Sequence record: OP991903.1
Reading direction: 5' to 3' (one strand)
DNA length: 64,000 nt
Program-made: the position numbers and the translations under genes
Notes under the pieces: generated by a model
Databases searched by the model: none
What the model was told of the DNA's origin: nothing
What the model saw: only the letters and a program-made list of their open reading frames with translations
In this document: positions 27,346 to 37,898 of the stretch, piece by piece
Numbering within the stretch: position 1 is the stretch's first letter
Layout of the letters: each line of letters starts with the position of its first letter

Positions 27346-28452
27346 ATGTCATTAACATTTAACCCACTCACACTATTGGAATTGGCCAACGGCCTTCCAA
27401 ACTTTGTGCGCGCAGCGAAAACCGATAACCTCATTGGGTACACGGCCACTACGCGTGTGGAACCGATTACTCTGGTTGAAACTGCTCTGTGGAATCAGCC
27501 TTACACTCCTGACATCATGCAGTCGGCACTGAGCATGTTTGCCAGCCTGTATCTGTCTGCTGTGGGTTTGTCTGCCACCCTGAACAACGTGACCGTGGGT
27601 TCTCGTCTGGAGCAGTTCAACCCGAAACGCGACCCCGTTAACGGACTGGCTGACACCGTGGCCCGCATGGTCTCCAACGAGCAAATGAAGTTCGGTTTAC
27701 CAACCGTGCGTCAGGTGGCCGTTGAAGGGTATCGTCGCAAAGGTAACGATGCGCCGGAAACCAACACCGTGGGTGCGAAGTTCTCTCGTGAGAACCTGGC
27801 GCAGCTGCGTGAGAACACCAACCTCGCTGTAGGTAAAATTCTGGATGTGGAACTGACCGCTAACGGTGAAAGCGTCTCTACGCAAGTCTCCGTGCGTCTG
27901 AACACCATCCCAGCCGTGGGCTCTTCCATCGCGGACATCCTGACCGCCGGTGCGCAGAACCGCGACCTGAAAGACCGTTATTATGCTGTTAAGGCGGATA
28001 AGCTGCGCTTCTTCCAGGACCTTCTGGGTTGTGCGGACTTGCTCGACCAGCACCGTAAGGCTCAACTGAACGACCCAACCGGGTTGTACATGAAAGCGAT
28101 TCGCGACCAACGTCGTAATGCGCTGACAGGTTGGCTGACCGGTAAACCGTCTGTGGCCTCCGCGTCCAACATCGTGATTATCTCCGATGAGACGCAGCTC
28201 GAAATCGAACGCTCACTGACCATCAAGCTGAGCAAGTTCAAAGACCGTCAGCGTATCTTTGACAACTCAGGGATGTTGGTCCTGTACGTGGTGGACCAGG
28301 CGTACGAGCAGGTGGAAATCTTCTACCGCGGCATCGAGCACTCGACCAAGCTGTCCGTATCTCAGATGAAGAATGCGAACAAGGGTGGCAACGGTCAGGA
28401 ATTGCTGAAATTCGCGGAAATGCTGCAACAGCGCTCCGCCCCGACTTTCTAA
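27346..28452 (+). CDS. virion head protein (phiKZ gp89-like)
   Basis: 368 aa, strong codon bias, SNE/AVE candidate cleavage sites. Confidence 0.65.
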   Translation: MSLTFNPLTLLELANGLPNFVRAAKTDNLIGYTATTRVEPITLVETALWNQPYTPDIMQSALSMFASLYLSAVGLSATLNNVTVGSRLEQFNPKRDPVNGLADTVARMVSNEQMKFGLPTVRQVAVEGYRRKGNDAPETNTVGAKFSRENLAQLRENTNLAVGKILDVELTANGESVSTQVSVRLNTIPAVGSSIADILTAGAQNRDLKDRYYAVKADKLRFFQDLLGCADLLDQHRKAQLNDPTGLYMKAIRDQRRNALTGWLTGKPSVASASNIVIISDETQLEIERSLTIKLSKFKDRQRIFDNSGMLVLYVVDQAYEQVEIFYRGIEHSTKLSVSQMKNANKGGNGQELLKFAEMLQQRSAPTF

Positions 28453-28464
28453 CGGAGACCCCCG

Positions 28465-29373
28465 ATGAGTATCAAGAACTTCTTTGCGTTCCTCACCCCG
28501 ACGTTGGACAAAGGGCGCATCATGGAAACCTTGGAGAACACCAAGGAGTCGTTAATCAACGACGCCCTGCAACCGTACAAAGATGCCGTACAGTTCGCAG
28601 GTTACCAGGGGCCGTCTGCGTTCCACACCACCGAGGTGAAACGTTTCAACGACCGCTTCCGCCAGGAAACCGGCTCACGTACCAACTACGTGGAAACGAC
28701 CACGCTGGTGCTGTCCTCTCTGACGGAAGGTTTCCCGTACCTCGAGAAAGCGATTGAGAACCACTTCAAGGGCTCTGCCGCGAAGTTGGGTCTGACCTAT
28801 CAGAAGGCGACCTTGCTGCGTGTGATTTCCCTGATTGGCTTCGTCTCCCGTTATTCCCGTCGCGTGCTCCACTATACTTACAGCAAAGAAACCCCGGCGG
28901 CGTTCAAAGGTATTGACTCGACTCCGGCGTTCAAAGCGGGTGAAGTTAAGTGGCTGGAAGAAAACGCCGTGTCCTTTGCGCGTCTGATTAAGCTGTTCGC
29001 TGAACCGATGCCAAAGATTCTGGCGAAGATTGACAGCGTTCCGGACATCGTGTTCGACGAGAGTAAAGTAGAAGCAGTGGAGTCGGTGACCGGCGCGCGC
29101 AAACTCGACCCACTGGGTCTGGGCTTCGTTCCGGTGATTTCTGACATCATCTGGTTCTTCGGCTCCCGTTGGGTAGAACACCAGGCGGCAGTCCTTCAGG
29201 AAGCGCGTGATGAGCGTGCGTGCCTGGAACTGCGTTTGGCCCAGCTGCGTGCTGCCCGTGAAGGGAACAGCGATGCGGCCAGTGATAAGGTGATTAAAGT
29301 CACCGAAGAGCGCCTGCGTAACCTTAACTACGAGGTTGTGCGTCTGGAGAAAGAATACGGCGTCGCCAGTTAA
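28465..29373 (+). CDS. virion head protein (phiKZ gp90-like)
   Basis: 302 aa, C-terminal coiled coil (LELRLAQLRAAREG...LRNLNYEVVRLEKEY). Confidence 0.65.
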   Translation: MSIKNFFAFLTPTLDKGRIMETLENTKESLINDALQPYKDAVQFAGYQGPSAFHTTEVKRFNDRFRQETGSRTNYVETTTLVLSSLTEGFPYLEKAIENHFKGSAAKLGLTYQKATLLRVISLIGFVSRYSRRVLHYTYSKETPAAFKGIDSTPAFKAGEVKWLEENAVSFARLIKLFAEPMPKILAKIDSVPDIVFDESKVEAVESVTGARKLDPLGLGFVPVISDIIWFFGSRWVEHQAAVLQEARDERACLELRLAQLRAAREGNSDAASDKVIKVTEERLRNLNYEVVRLEKEYGVAS

Positions 29374-29383
29374 GGAGTAAACG

Positions 29384-29911
29384 ATGGCCATGTTAGTTTC
29401 GTACCAGGTGTCCCCCTGCGGTTTCCAGTCCCCGTTGTACGACGGGATTAAATCTGGTATCGAAGCGGACGCCCTTGTCATGGAGGCGTACCACAAAGTG
29501 CGCCTGTCCATTTCCAGCGAGTGCAACACCTGGCAGTTCCGCCGCAAGATTATCAATCGTGCGCTAGACCTGTTCGGTTATTTGCGTGACTGGCTGGAAG
29601 CCAATGAGAAGAACCCGCGCATGACTATCCATATGCGGGCTCTGCTCGAAGATACCTTGCAGTACATCAGTACCGGTCGTCGCCCGATGGCGCTTACCAG
29701 TCGCTGGGAATGTATTCGTTATGAGCGTTCTGATGGCGCGAGTAAGTTCCGTCCCGGTCGACACACCCCGAAGCTTATCAGTCTGTTACACGTACCCGTA
29801 GAGGATTATATGTGGCACTGGCTGAAGCACCCGGATGGCTTTACCGACATGGTATGTACTTTGAATATCATCTTCGGCCAATTCGACGGTGATGCAAAAG
29901 CCGTAAACTAA
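29384..29911 (+). CDS. virion-associated protein (phiKZ gp91-like)
   Basis: 175 aa, AAGGAG RBS. Confidence 0.6.
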   Translation: MAMLVSYQVSPCGFQSPLYDGIKSGIEADALVMEAYHKVRLSISSECNTWQFRRKIINRALDLFGYLRDWLEANEKNPRMTIHMRALLEDTLQYISTGRRPMALTSRWECIRYERSDGASKFRPGRHTPKLISLLHVPVEDYMWHWLKHPDGFTDMVCTLNIIFGQFDGDAKAVN

Positions 29912-29938
29912 ACACTCTTGCAAGAGGTTATTTGAAAA

Positions 29939-31315
29939 ATGGGAAGATTAGCTCGCACACTTGGCGCACCGTCTGTTGAAAACTACGGTGGCTCCATCGA
30001 CCAGGAACAGGCACAGGCTGCCCAGATTGAACTGGACACCCGTACTGCCCTGGAAGAAATGGATGAAGTCGAAGCACAGCTGAACGAAGTTGAGCCGGAA
30101 GGCGAAATGCTGACTGAAGCAATGACTGAGACTTATCCGGAAGTCATCGAAATCCTGGAAGAAGCCCAGGAAAACGGTGGTATCTCCGTTGAGTCTGCTC
30201 GTCTGCTTAACATCCTGAACCGCGTACACGGTATCGAAGATGCGATGTCTGTATCGGTTGAATCGTTCTCTGACTCTGGCCGTTCTGCGCAGTCTACTCG
30301 CGTAGCGGTTGAAGGCCTGAAAGCTACCATCAAAAACTGGTGGCAGAAGCTGAAAGCCTGGTTCAAGAAAATGCGCGCCAAGTTGAAAACCTGGTGGGAA
30401 AAGACCTGGGCTGCGGCTCCGCGTCTGAAATCCAACGCACAGTCTATCCGTGAACGCGCTCAGAAAACCACGTCTGTGGCTAAAGAGAAGAAAATCGAAG
30501 TTGTCGCAGCGAACAAAGTGCTGGGCCTCGACGGTAAGTTCCCGGGTGCACAGGGTCTGGCCACTGCGCTGAACACTGCTGCTGACACCGCTGGTAAGCT
30601 GTTCGAAACCGTACAGCCTAAGTCCATCGAAGTTGCGGACAACATCCTGAAAGCTATCGAAGCTGCTAAGTTCAGCGACGAAGCGTCTCTGTCTTCTCTG
30701 GGTGACAACCTGGTGAAAGCGGCGGCTGACCTGAACCCTGATACTCAGCTGTTCAGCAAAGACGTTCCGGATGCGAAAGCTACTGGCTTCGGTGAAATCG
30801 GCGAAGGTCTGACTCTGCGTCGTACCGAGCAGATGCCGGGTAACCAGGCTATCTTCGTGTGCTTCGCACCGGCAGGCGCTGGCGCTACTGGCGCAGCAGA
30901 CAAAATCAAAGGCGCTGCCGATGCCCTGGCCCGTCGTAAAACGACTGTGACCGGCGTACTGGCGAAAGACGTTGATGATTCTTCTGTCAGCGTTGATACC
31001 GCGACCACCCAGCAGATTATCAGCATCTGCGATGCAGTCATCAAGATGGCTGACATCATCGAAGGTTACAAGCGTAAATTCGCTAAGAGCGAAGAAGCGC
31101 ACAAGAACCTTGACCAGGCTGGCGACCACGTTGAGCGTGAAGCCAACGACGGTGATGCAAAAGAAGGCATGTCTGCGATTCTGTCTGACATCCGTCGCAT
31201 CATCCCAGCTGCGCGTCTGCTGATTGACGAGCCGTCTGCGAAACTGAGCGGTGTGTTCATGAGCGTTGGTAAAAACACGCTGAACTACTGCAACCGTTCT
31301 CTGAGCGCGTACTAA
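29939..31315 (+). CDS. internal head / inner-body ejection protein, paralog family (phiKZ gp93-95-like)
   Basis: Acidic propeptide with SVE/AVE sites, then IKNWWQKLKAWFKK amphipathic helix; very high codon bias; paralog of next gene. Confidence 0.75.
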   Translation: MGRLARTLGAPSVENYGGSIDQEQAQAAQIELDTRTALEEMDEVEAQLNEVEPEGEMLTEAMTETYPEVIEILEEAQENGGISVESARLLNILNRVHGIEDAMSVSVESFSDSGRSAQSTRVAVEGLKATIKNWWQKLKAWFKKMRAKLKTWWEKTWAAAPRLKSNAQSIRERAQKTTSVAKEKKIEVVAANKVLGLDGKFPGAQGLATALNTAADTAGKLFETVQPKSIEVADNILKAIEAAKFSDEASLSSLGDNLVKAAADLNPDTQLFSKDVPDAKATGFGEIGEGLTLRRTEQMPGNQAIFVCFAPAGAGATGAADKIKGAADALARRKTTVTGVLAKDVDDSSVSVDTATTQQIISICDAVIKMADIIEGYKRKFAKSEEAHKNLDQAGDHVEREANDGDAKEGMSAILSDIRRIIPAARLLIDEPSAKLSGVFMSVGKNTLNYCNRSLSAY

Positions 31316-31353
31316 TCCTATAGCGCTCATGCGTTCGAGGATTCTGGTTAAAT

Positions 31354-31380
31354 GGTAGGGAAAACGTTTTCCCTACCTTT
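31354..31380 (+). terminator. 24-bp perfect palindrome / hairpin
   Basis: GGTAGGGAAAACGTTTTCCCTACC followed by TTT. Confidence 0.6.
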
Positions 31381-31406
31381 CTCAATTTGTAATGGAGATT
31401 ACCCAA

Positions 31407-32756
31407 ATGGGTCGTATTTCAAGTGGTCTGCGTGGTTATGGTTCTCAGGTTTCTAATGAGGGCTGGCCGGAAGTCAGCAACGAAGAAGCAGAACTGATTG
31501 TCGAAGAGCAAGCGAATGATTTGGCTGCGGCCGACGCTGAGCTCGACGAAGTCTACCGTCTGCAAGACGTGGCTGACAAAACCGAAGAAACTGCCGATTA
31601 CATCGAGCAGGGTATCAACCAGAAAGAAGACGGCGCAACTGAAGGTGAAGTTGCTCTGGCTGAACAGGTTGCTGACCTGGCGACTGCCGGTTCTGATGAA
31701 AGCGCTGAAACCGTGATGCCTGCGGTTGAGAGCTACATCGGTTCTAAAGTGTCAACTGAAGGCTTCCGTGAAGTTGTTCGCAACATCATCGAAACCATCA
31801 AGCGCATGATTAAGAAAATCATCGAGCGTCTGAAATCCTTCTGGCGTAAAATGACTTCTCGTCTGTCTGCGCTGAAGCGTTCTGCCGAAGACCTGAAAAA
31901 GCGTGCTGGCGGCATGACCGGTAAGCACTCTAAAGAGAAGAAATTCGAAGTGAGCGGCTCTGTTGCTCGTCTGATTTCTTACGCTGACAAACCGGTTAAG
32001 AACGGCGCTGAGCTGGTCTCTGGTCTGCGCGACATCAACGGCGCGTTGAACTCCCTGGCAACCAAGTATTGCCCGGAAGTAGCGAAAATCGGTGAGAAGC
32101 TGGCGGACAGCCTGAACAGCTTTGACCCGGAAGACGCGAAAGACGGTCTGAAGAAACTGAACGGTCACATCCACACCATGTTTAAGAACATGTCTAAAGA
32201 TGCTGACGCTGACAAGTCTTCTTCTGACAGCCGTTTCAGCAGCAAAGACACCAAGCTGACTGAGTCTGACCCAATCCTGGGCGGTAAAACCATCTTCTGC
32301 TCTACCTGGTCTGGTAGCGTTGACGGTGACAGCCGTGACTTCGCGCGTCGTCTGCAATCTTCTACCGTGTTCATGGCGGACACGAAGAAAGACCAGAAAG
32401 ACCCAGAAGAAGCCAGCCTGGACGTGCTGACGCCTGCACAGGTTGTCGACATCGCGGAAGAAGTTATCCGTGGTTGCGAAACCATGAAGCGTTACACCGA
32501 AGGCAAAGGCCTGAAGGACATGGAAAAAGCTGGCGAGAACGTGCGCAAAGCAGCGGACAAAATTGGTAGCCGTAAGGTTGACGAAGATAAAGTCAACCAG
32601 GAAAACCAGTCTTGCACCCGTCTGGCCGTTCAGTACGGTTCTTCCTACGTCACCTGGACCAAAGAGCCGTACACTGCATTCACTGCTCACAGCTGCGCTG
32701 TGTTCCGTGCTGCAATGGCCGCTGGCTCTAAAGCGCTGTCTCAGTACGAATCTTAA
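31407..32756 (+). CDS. internal head / inner-body ejection protein, paralog family
   Basis: Start MGRISSG (GGAG RBS); SNE/AVE/STE sites then IIETIKRMIKKIIERLKSFWRK. Confidence 0.75.
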   Translation: MGRISSGLRGYGSQVSNEGWPEVSNEEAELIVEEQANDLAAADAELDEVYRLQDVADKTEETADYIEQGINQKEDGATEGEVALAEQVADLATAGSDESAETVMPAVESYIGSKVSTEGFREVVRNIIETIKRMIKKIIERLKSFWRKMTSRLSALKRSAEDLKKRAGGMTGKHSKEKKFEVSGSVARLISYADKPVKNGAELVSGLRDINGALNSLATKYCPEVAKIGEKLADSLNSFDPEDAKDGLKKLNGHIHTMFKNMSKDADADKSSSDSRFSSKDTKLTESDPILGGKTIFCSTWSGSVDGDSRDFARRLQSSTVFMADTKKDQKDPEEASLDVLTPAQVVDIAEEVIRGCETMKRYTEGKGLKDMEKAGENVRKAADKIGSRKVDEDKVNQENQSCTRLAVQYGSSYVTWTKEPYTAFTAHSCAVFRAAMAAGSKALSQYES

Positions 32757-32777
32757 TTCGACTGCGGTAAGTGCTTG

Positions 32778-32818
32778 AACAAGGGGGCTTCGGCCCCCTT
32801 GTTTTATTTTCTTTTTTT
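32778..32818 (+). terminator. intrinsic terminator
   Basis: AACAAGGGGGC-TTCG-GCCCCCTTGTT + T-tract. Confidence 0.9.
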
Positions 32819-32881
32819 ACACCACCAGGAAATGGTTTGAACAACCTACCATTCCTTTCCTTTCTAAATGGAACATTAAGA

Positions 32882-34324
32882 ATGAAAATTATCTTTACGG
32901 TATTTAACAGTCAGGGCGAGTTGATTGACAGCCCAGAGCTCCAACTCTTTGACGAAGTGACACGTGAGCAACTGGTTACCGCTCTTCCGTCTTTCCGTCT
33001 GGGTGACGCCGGACATGGCATTACTGTCCGCGCTAAAGATTTCCTGAAGTCAACGCCTGATGCAGCTATCCTTGAGATGCTGACCGATGCACTGAACGAA
33101 GCTGCACTGTTAAGCGACGTACAGCTGGAGGAGGTCACTGACCCGCACGCTCTCCTGTTGGCTGAACTGAACGACACCGTAGTAGGTGAAGGTGACGCGC
33201 AACTGAAGTTCGTGGCCGTGGGTGATTCCCAGTCGGCGGTGTTCCAACTGCGTGATTCTGCGGATGGTCTGATTTTCAGCCTGCCGCTGGAACGTGGTCA
33301 CATTGCTCGTGCCACTAACGTATACAACGCGATTGCTCGCATCAATGCTGCGGCTGAGAAGTGGGAAATGCTTCAGGCTGCGCCGGTCCAGGACGCCAAA
33401 GGTCAGAACCCAGGTGTGCGCATGTTAACGGCCGCGGATATTCAGACCATGTTCAGTCTGACCTTCCCAGGCTTCCAGATTCCTCAGCTTGACCAGGTCG
33501 TTGAACACCCGGCTCCGAAGATTGCCGAAATCCTGGCAGCCTACGGTGAAGCAGACAGCGCGTCTAACGCACTGACCCGTGAAACCCAACTGGGCGACCC
33601 ACAGGGAACAGCTGCGCCGGTAGCACTGAGCCCTGCGGCTATCAAACCGGAAGACTTCAACTACGACCGTGACCGCGAAGAAGCAGCGCGCGCGTACGAC
33701 GTTCGTTTCCGTGGTATCATCATCGACCCGAAACGCGACCCGTTTGAAGGTACCTATCTGCCAAAAGACGTGGTCCACATGGAAGGCGCACTCCATTACC
33801 TGAACGGTAAACTGGAATGGGTCAAATTCCCTCTGGCCGGTAACGGTGGTTCATGGCGTATCTGGTTGGCGTCGGTAGCAGGTAAACGTGCGGTGGGTGG
33901 TCCGAATGCCCCGGAGGTGGAGATTCCTCCAGCGGGAAAGCCTTTGTCGATTCGCTCCGAGCTCGCAAAGCTGGCCCAAACCGCGCCACTCGCAGAAAAA
34001 TCAAACACCACAGCCGCCGCAAGCGCAAGTGATGCCTTCTACTTCAATGTGAAAGGTACCAGTGCACTGCGCGTTGTGCTGCGTGGCACCAACCGTGTCG
34101 CAGCAGTAGAACAGGGCCTGGTGACGTTCATTCAACGTGAACTGAAATCCCCAAGCTTCCACGCCATGAGCAACACCTTTAACGTGGCTGGTGAAGTGGT
34201 GGGTGAAAGCGTCACTGTCGCGGTACGTACGGCGCTCCAGATGCTGGGCCTGAACGACGTGACCATTGATGTAGAACCGACCTTCCTGCCGCTTAACGGC
34301 GACTACGTTGGCTTAGCCGAGTAA
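32882..34324 (+). CDS. hypothetical multi-domain protein
   Basis: Likely start ATG 32882 (MKIIFTVF); P/A-rich linkers; the ORF-track start lies within the terminator. Confidence 0.7.
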   Translation: MKIIFTVFNSQGELIDSPELQLFDEVTREQLVTALPSFRLGDAGHGITVRAKDFLKSTPDAAILEMLTDALNEAALLSDVQLEEVTDPHALLLAELNDTVVGEGDAQLKFVAVGDSQSAVFQLRDSADGLIFSLPLERGHIARATNVYNAIARINAAAEKWEMLQAAPVQDAKGQNPGVRMLTAADIQTMFSLTFPGFQIPQLDQVVEHPAPKIAEILAAYGEADSASNALTRETQLGDPQGTAAPVALSPAAIKPEDFNYDRDREEAARAYDVRFRGIIIDPKRDPFEGTYLPKDVVHMEGALHYLNGKLEWVKFPLAGNGGSWRIWLASVAGKRAVGGPNAPEVEIPPAGKPLSIRSELAKLAQTAPLAEKSNTTAAASASDAFYFNVKGTSALRVVLRGTNRVAAVEQGLVTFIQRELKSPSFHAMSNTFNVAGEVVGESVTVAVRTALQMLGLNDVTIDVEPTFLPLNGDYVGLAE

Positions 34325-34330
34325 TACTAC

Positions 34331-34366
34331 CCCTCTCCTGCTTTTTGGCAGGAGAGGGCTTTATGC
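34331..34366 (+). terminator. terminator hairpin + TTTATGC
   Basis: CCCTCTCCTGC-TTTTTG-GCAGGAGAGGG then CTTTATGC. Confidence 0.8.
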
Positions 34367-34403
34367 TGCTTTCTATGAGACTGCTTAGAGGAGCGCGTGC
34401 ACC

Positions 34404-35936
34404 ATGCCACAGCTGAACTATGGAATTCCGGATGTGTACGAGTCGGTGACGCGTCCGACGAACATGAACATTATCCGGAGTATTATCAATTCGACCGGTA
34501 TCCCGGAAGACACCTTCATTGAATACGCCGGACAGAACGATGGGATTCCTACCTATCGAACCCTCCTGACCAACAATCGTAATACCGAACCTGCCAAGAT
34601 GTCCATCTACGACAAAGTGCAGGTAACGGTAGAAGAGGAGATAAAGGACGAGTATTTGTTCAATATCCCCTTTGTGTACGACGACAAGAAAACCATCTGG
34701 AAAGACCCCAAGCTCCCTGTCTGGTTGCAACCGGTGTATGAGCACGTCGAAACCACGTTGTCATTCCGCTACCGTGTGGTGGACCTCAACAAGGCGAAAG
34801 ACTGGCAGACCGGAATGCGCCGTAAGTTGGGGCTCGCCTGGAAAGACGGGTCATTCCAGTCCAGTTACAAGTTTGTGGTACCGAAACTGATTCTGTTGTT
34901 CCTGGAGCAGTTCCACAAAATGAAAGAGGCGGTGGCTCCCGAGGGAACAACGCTCCCGGACTGGTTACAGGCTCACGCCATTCAGCCGAACACCGTCCTG
35001 ACTACGCAAGCCGGGACCCAACCGGAATGGGCGTTCAAAGAGAACGAACTCGATATCCTGGGCTATTTCGATTTCTCCCAGGTGCCGGTAGAAGAGAAGA
35101 AACAAGACACCCACACTTACGAGGTTTCCTTTACCTTTAAGTTTCAGTGGGAGCGCCCGATTGAACTGGTGCTCGGTTACCCGTTGGTGATTCACAACCA
35201 GTTGGTGCCGAAGAAGTTTCGTCCCGACAACGTCATCTACGACCCGGGTGAAATCTGGGGAGCGGCGAGTAAGTCCATGTCCCGTTACCATCAGTTGATG
35301 GAAGCCGCCGGGTTTAAGAACCACAACTCTCGCGGTGGGATGATTATCCCGTTCTTCGATGAGTTCTGGCCGACCCAAATCGGACATGACTTGACGAACC
35401 TGGTGCAGTTCATGATTCAGGTGAAAGACGACCCGACGATGGTCCTCGACTTGAAGAACATCCCGGGGTTCACCTGGAATGAGAAACTGTTGGGGATTAT
35501 GACCAAAGACCATAAGGGGCTCACCAAGCGTACCCAGTCCGTGGTCAACATCGTCCTCTATATCGGGGACCGCCCTCTGGATTCCAGTCGGTTGTACGTC
35601 GATGAGAACCTGGTGGTCCGTAGCACGGTGCCGTTGAAACTCACGGACGTCCATCACCTGCGCATTAACCTGTACACCCAGTTGGCGTTCCTCACCAAAG
35701 AGGCGACCGATACCTTACGGTCTAACCCGGAGTGGGCGAACCTTATCTTCACGGTACTGGAACCCGAGATGTACAATCAGGGGTTACTGCCGAAGTCGCT
35801 CAAGAACATCTGGATTCCTGACGATGAATGGTGGCGCTGTATTCAGTACCTGAAACAAACGGATGCGAAACTGTTCGGTCCCCGGGTCGTGTGGCCTACG
35901 GTGATGAACATGGTTATCGTTGCCAATCTTACTTAA
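34404..35936 (+). CDS. putative virion structural protein (neck/baseplate cluster)
   Basis: 510 aa, GAGGAG RBS; assignment by synteny. Confidence 0.55.
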   Translation: MPQLNYGIPDVYESVTRPTNMNIIRSIINSTGIPEDTFIEYAGQNDGIPTYRTLLTNNRNTEPAKMSIYDKVQVTVEEEIKDEYLFNIPFVYDDKKTIWKDPKLPVWLQPVYEHVETTLSFRYRVVDLNKAKDWQTGMRRKLGLAWKDGSFQSSYKFVVPKLILLFLEQFHKMKEAVAPEGTTLPDWLQAHAIQPNTVLTTQAGTQPEWAFKENELDILGYFDFSQVPVEEKKQDTHTYEVSFTFKFQWERPIELVLGYPLVIHNQLVPKKFRPDNVIYDPGEIWGAASKSMSRYHQLMEAAGFKNHNSRGGMIIPFFDEFWPTQIGHDLTNLVQFMIQVKDDPTMVLDLKNIPGFTWNEKLLGIMTKDHKGLTKRTQSVVNIVLYIGDRPLDSSRLYVDENLVVRSTVPLKLTDVHHLRINLYTQLAFLTKEATDTLRSNPEWANLIFTVLEPEMYNQGLLPKSLKNIWIPDDEWWRCIQYLKQTDAKLFGPRVVWPTVMNMVIVANLT

Positions 35937-35948
35937 TGGGGTTTTACC

Positions 35949-37259
35949 ATGTCCTTATTCGATGTTGATGAGTCCGTGCCCATCCCTAAGCCAGAACAGC
36001 CTGTGCTCAATCCTACGCCCTATAAAGGTGTACCGGTAGATACGCAGGTTATTCCGCTGAAAACGCTGCTGACGGCCATTGAGGGCCGTCGTTGGGTGGT
36101 TACTTGGTTCTCCCAGGTATTAGGGGGCGACGGCGAGACAGCGGCACAGCAAGACAGCCGTTTAGCCATCAACCAACAGTACAAACGTATCAACGATTTG
36201 GAACTGAAGGTTACTGACCCGATTCCGGTTAACCCGACCTATAACGTCGAGGCAACGGAGTTCGAAGCCCGGGGTCGAGCGAACATGTACCCAGGGGTGA
36301 TTCCGAACCCAGGTGACATGTTTATCGCTGACCTGGGTGACGGGCGTCCTGGTCTGTTCATCGTGATTTCCCCGGTGGAACAGAAAACCATCTTCACCCA
36401 GACCACCTACTCTATCGAGTACACCCTCAAACAGTACCTGACCCCTGAGGACCATCAGGACCTGATTGAGAAGACGGTGCGTGAATACTACTTTGTCCGT
36501 GACTTCCTGGATACCGGCATTAACCCGCTGATTACCACCGAAGCCCACGAACAGTACGTTCAGTTACTCGAGATGCGTGAGGCGCTGCCGCAGGAATACC
36601 TGAACCAGTATATCGACCGGGAATTCAGTACGTTGTTGGTCCCGGGCTTTGACCGGGTATACGACCCGTTCCTGACCACCTTCGTTGATACCTGCTTTGG
36701 GGATAAGGTAACGGAAGTCTTTACCCGAGGGTTGAACAAACCTACGGTGATGGATGACCGTCAACGCTTACCGGTAACCCTGTTTGACGCCATCGTGGAT
36801 TTGCGTCCCCGTACCTTGAAACGTGCGGACAAACAAATCAAGTTGCTGTCAACCCGGCTGTTCCACCGTAACCCGTATTACGGCGGGATTCGTTATTCCG
36901 GTCTGTACGATGTGGTCTACCCACCGAATGCGCGTGCGGGTGACATTACGGAAGGACAGAGTTGGGCGGAACGTGGCTTACCGCCACCACCAGAACCTAA
37001 CACTGACGGTTCACGGGATATCCCAGCGGTGATGGCGGATGGTTACTACATCCTCAGTAAGGCCTTCTACGACCGTGACACCACGAACCTGTCTTTGTTG
37101 GAAGCCATGGTCTGGCAGATGTTTGATAACAATACCGTAGACCCGGCCTCGGTCATCAAGTTGTGGGACAAGTCCTACGACTGGGAACCGCTGAGTCAGT
37201 TCTACCTTTTACCGGTACTCTACGCGCTGATTCCATCGGCGATGCGTGGCTTACCGTAA
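35949..37259 (+). CDS. putative virion structural protein
   Basis: 436 aa; GVIPNPGDMFIADLGDG resembles head-completion/neck-type beta domains; synteny. Confidence 0.55.
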   Translation: MSLFDVDESVPIPKPEQPVLNPTPYKGVPVDTQVIPLKTLLTAIEGRRWVVTWFSQVLGGDGETAAQQDSRLAINQQYKRINDLELKVTDPIPVNPTYNVEATEFEARGRANMYPGVIPNPGDMFIADLGDGRPGLFIVISPVEQKTIFTQTTYSIEYTLKQYLTPEDHQDLIEKTVREYYFVRDFLDTGINPLITTEAHEQYVQLLEMREALPQEYLNQYIDREFSTLLVPGFDRVYDPFLTTFVDTCFGDKVTEVFTRGLNKPTVMDDRQRLPVTLFDAIVDLRPRTLKRADKQIKLLSTRLFHRNPYYGGIRYSGLYDVVYPPNARAGDITEGQSWAERGLPPPPEPNTDGSRDIPAVMADGYYILSKAFYDRDTTNLSLLEAMVWQMFDNNTVDPASVIKLWDKSYDWEPLSQFYLLPVLYALIPSAMRGLP

Positions 37260-37271
37260 CAGGAGCACCCG

Positions 37272-37889
37272 ATGGGCAGAGAGAACACTCTTAAAACCGT
37301 CCATGAATCCCAACGCCCCCATTACAAACTGTTCAAGACGCTCTTCTACATCATCGCGGCGGATTACGAGTTAACCAGTACCGGTGAGATTCGCACCTAC
37401 GGGTCCTTCGTTACCGGGATGCGTGATGTGGACCAGCGTCTGCCGTACCAGGAACGTCGGGCTGGGCGGTCTATCAACGAGATGATGGAAATCTGGCACC
37501 GGGGCGGAAACTTCCGTCTGGCGAACGCCAAGATTGACTTACCGTTGATTCACCAAATCATCCAGGACTACCTGATGGAGTTCCAGGCGTACAGCGAGAA
37601 CTACCATAAGGGTGGGATTCGACTCAAGGACAAAGAGAAGTACGAGAGGACGTTCAAGTACGCCATGCGTCTGGATGAGTTTGCCCGCCAGGTGTTCAAC
37701 AAGGCGGTGGACTTCAAAGCCCGCAAAGACGTGGTGGTGGAAGACCTCAAAGACCTGCTCAAAACCTCGATGGTCGATTTACTCCAGGGTACGTCCGAGA
37801 AACAAGAAAGTCCGGGCGATTACAAACCGTTGCAGGAGCGTGTCAACTACAGCGGGTTGAGCAAACGGAAACGGTACGGGGCGTCGTAG
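37272..37889 (+). CDS. conserved hypothetical protein
   Basis: 205 aa, AGGAG RBS. Confidence 0.7.
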   Translation: MGRENTLKTVHESQRPHYKLFKTLFYIIAADYELTSTGEIRTYGSFVTGMRDVDQRLPYQERRAGRSINEMMEIWHRGGNFRLANAKIDLPLIHQIIQDYLMEFQAYSENYHKGGIRLKDKEKYERTFKYAMRLDEFARQVFNKAVDFKARKDVVVEDLKDLLKTSMVDLLQGTSEKQESPGDYKPLQERVNYSGLSKRKRYGAS

Positions 37890-37898
37890 GAGTAACCC

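Noticed and set aside
29948-32690. Long antisense ORFs (460 aa and 312 aa) opposite the head paralogs
   Set aside because: Exact antisense shadows of genes with extreme codon bias, which suppresses reverse-strand stops; no RBS or recognisable motifs. The same applies to 2451..3524, 28675..29556, 43445..44371 and 52219..53124.
32771-32881. ORF-track N-terminal extensions (also 8475, 10732, 27449, 39155, 42419, 50395, 54063, 57257, 59245, 61087, 62633)
   Set aside because: They run through terminators or upstream genes; downstream starts with RBS are better supported.
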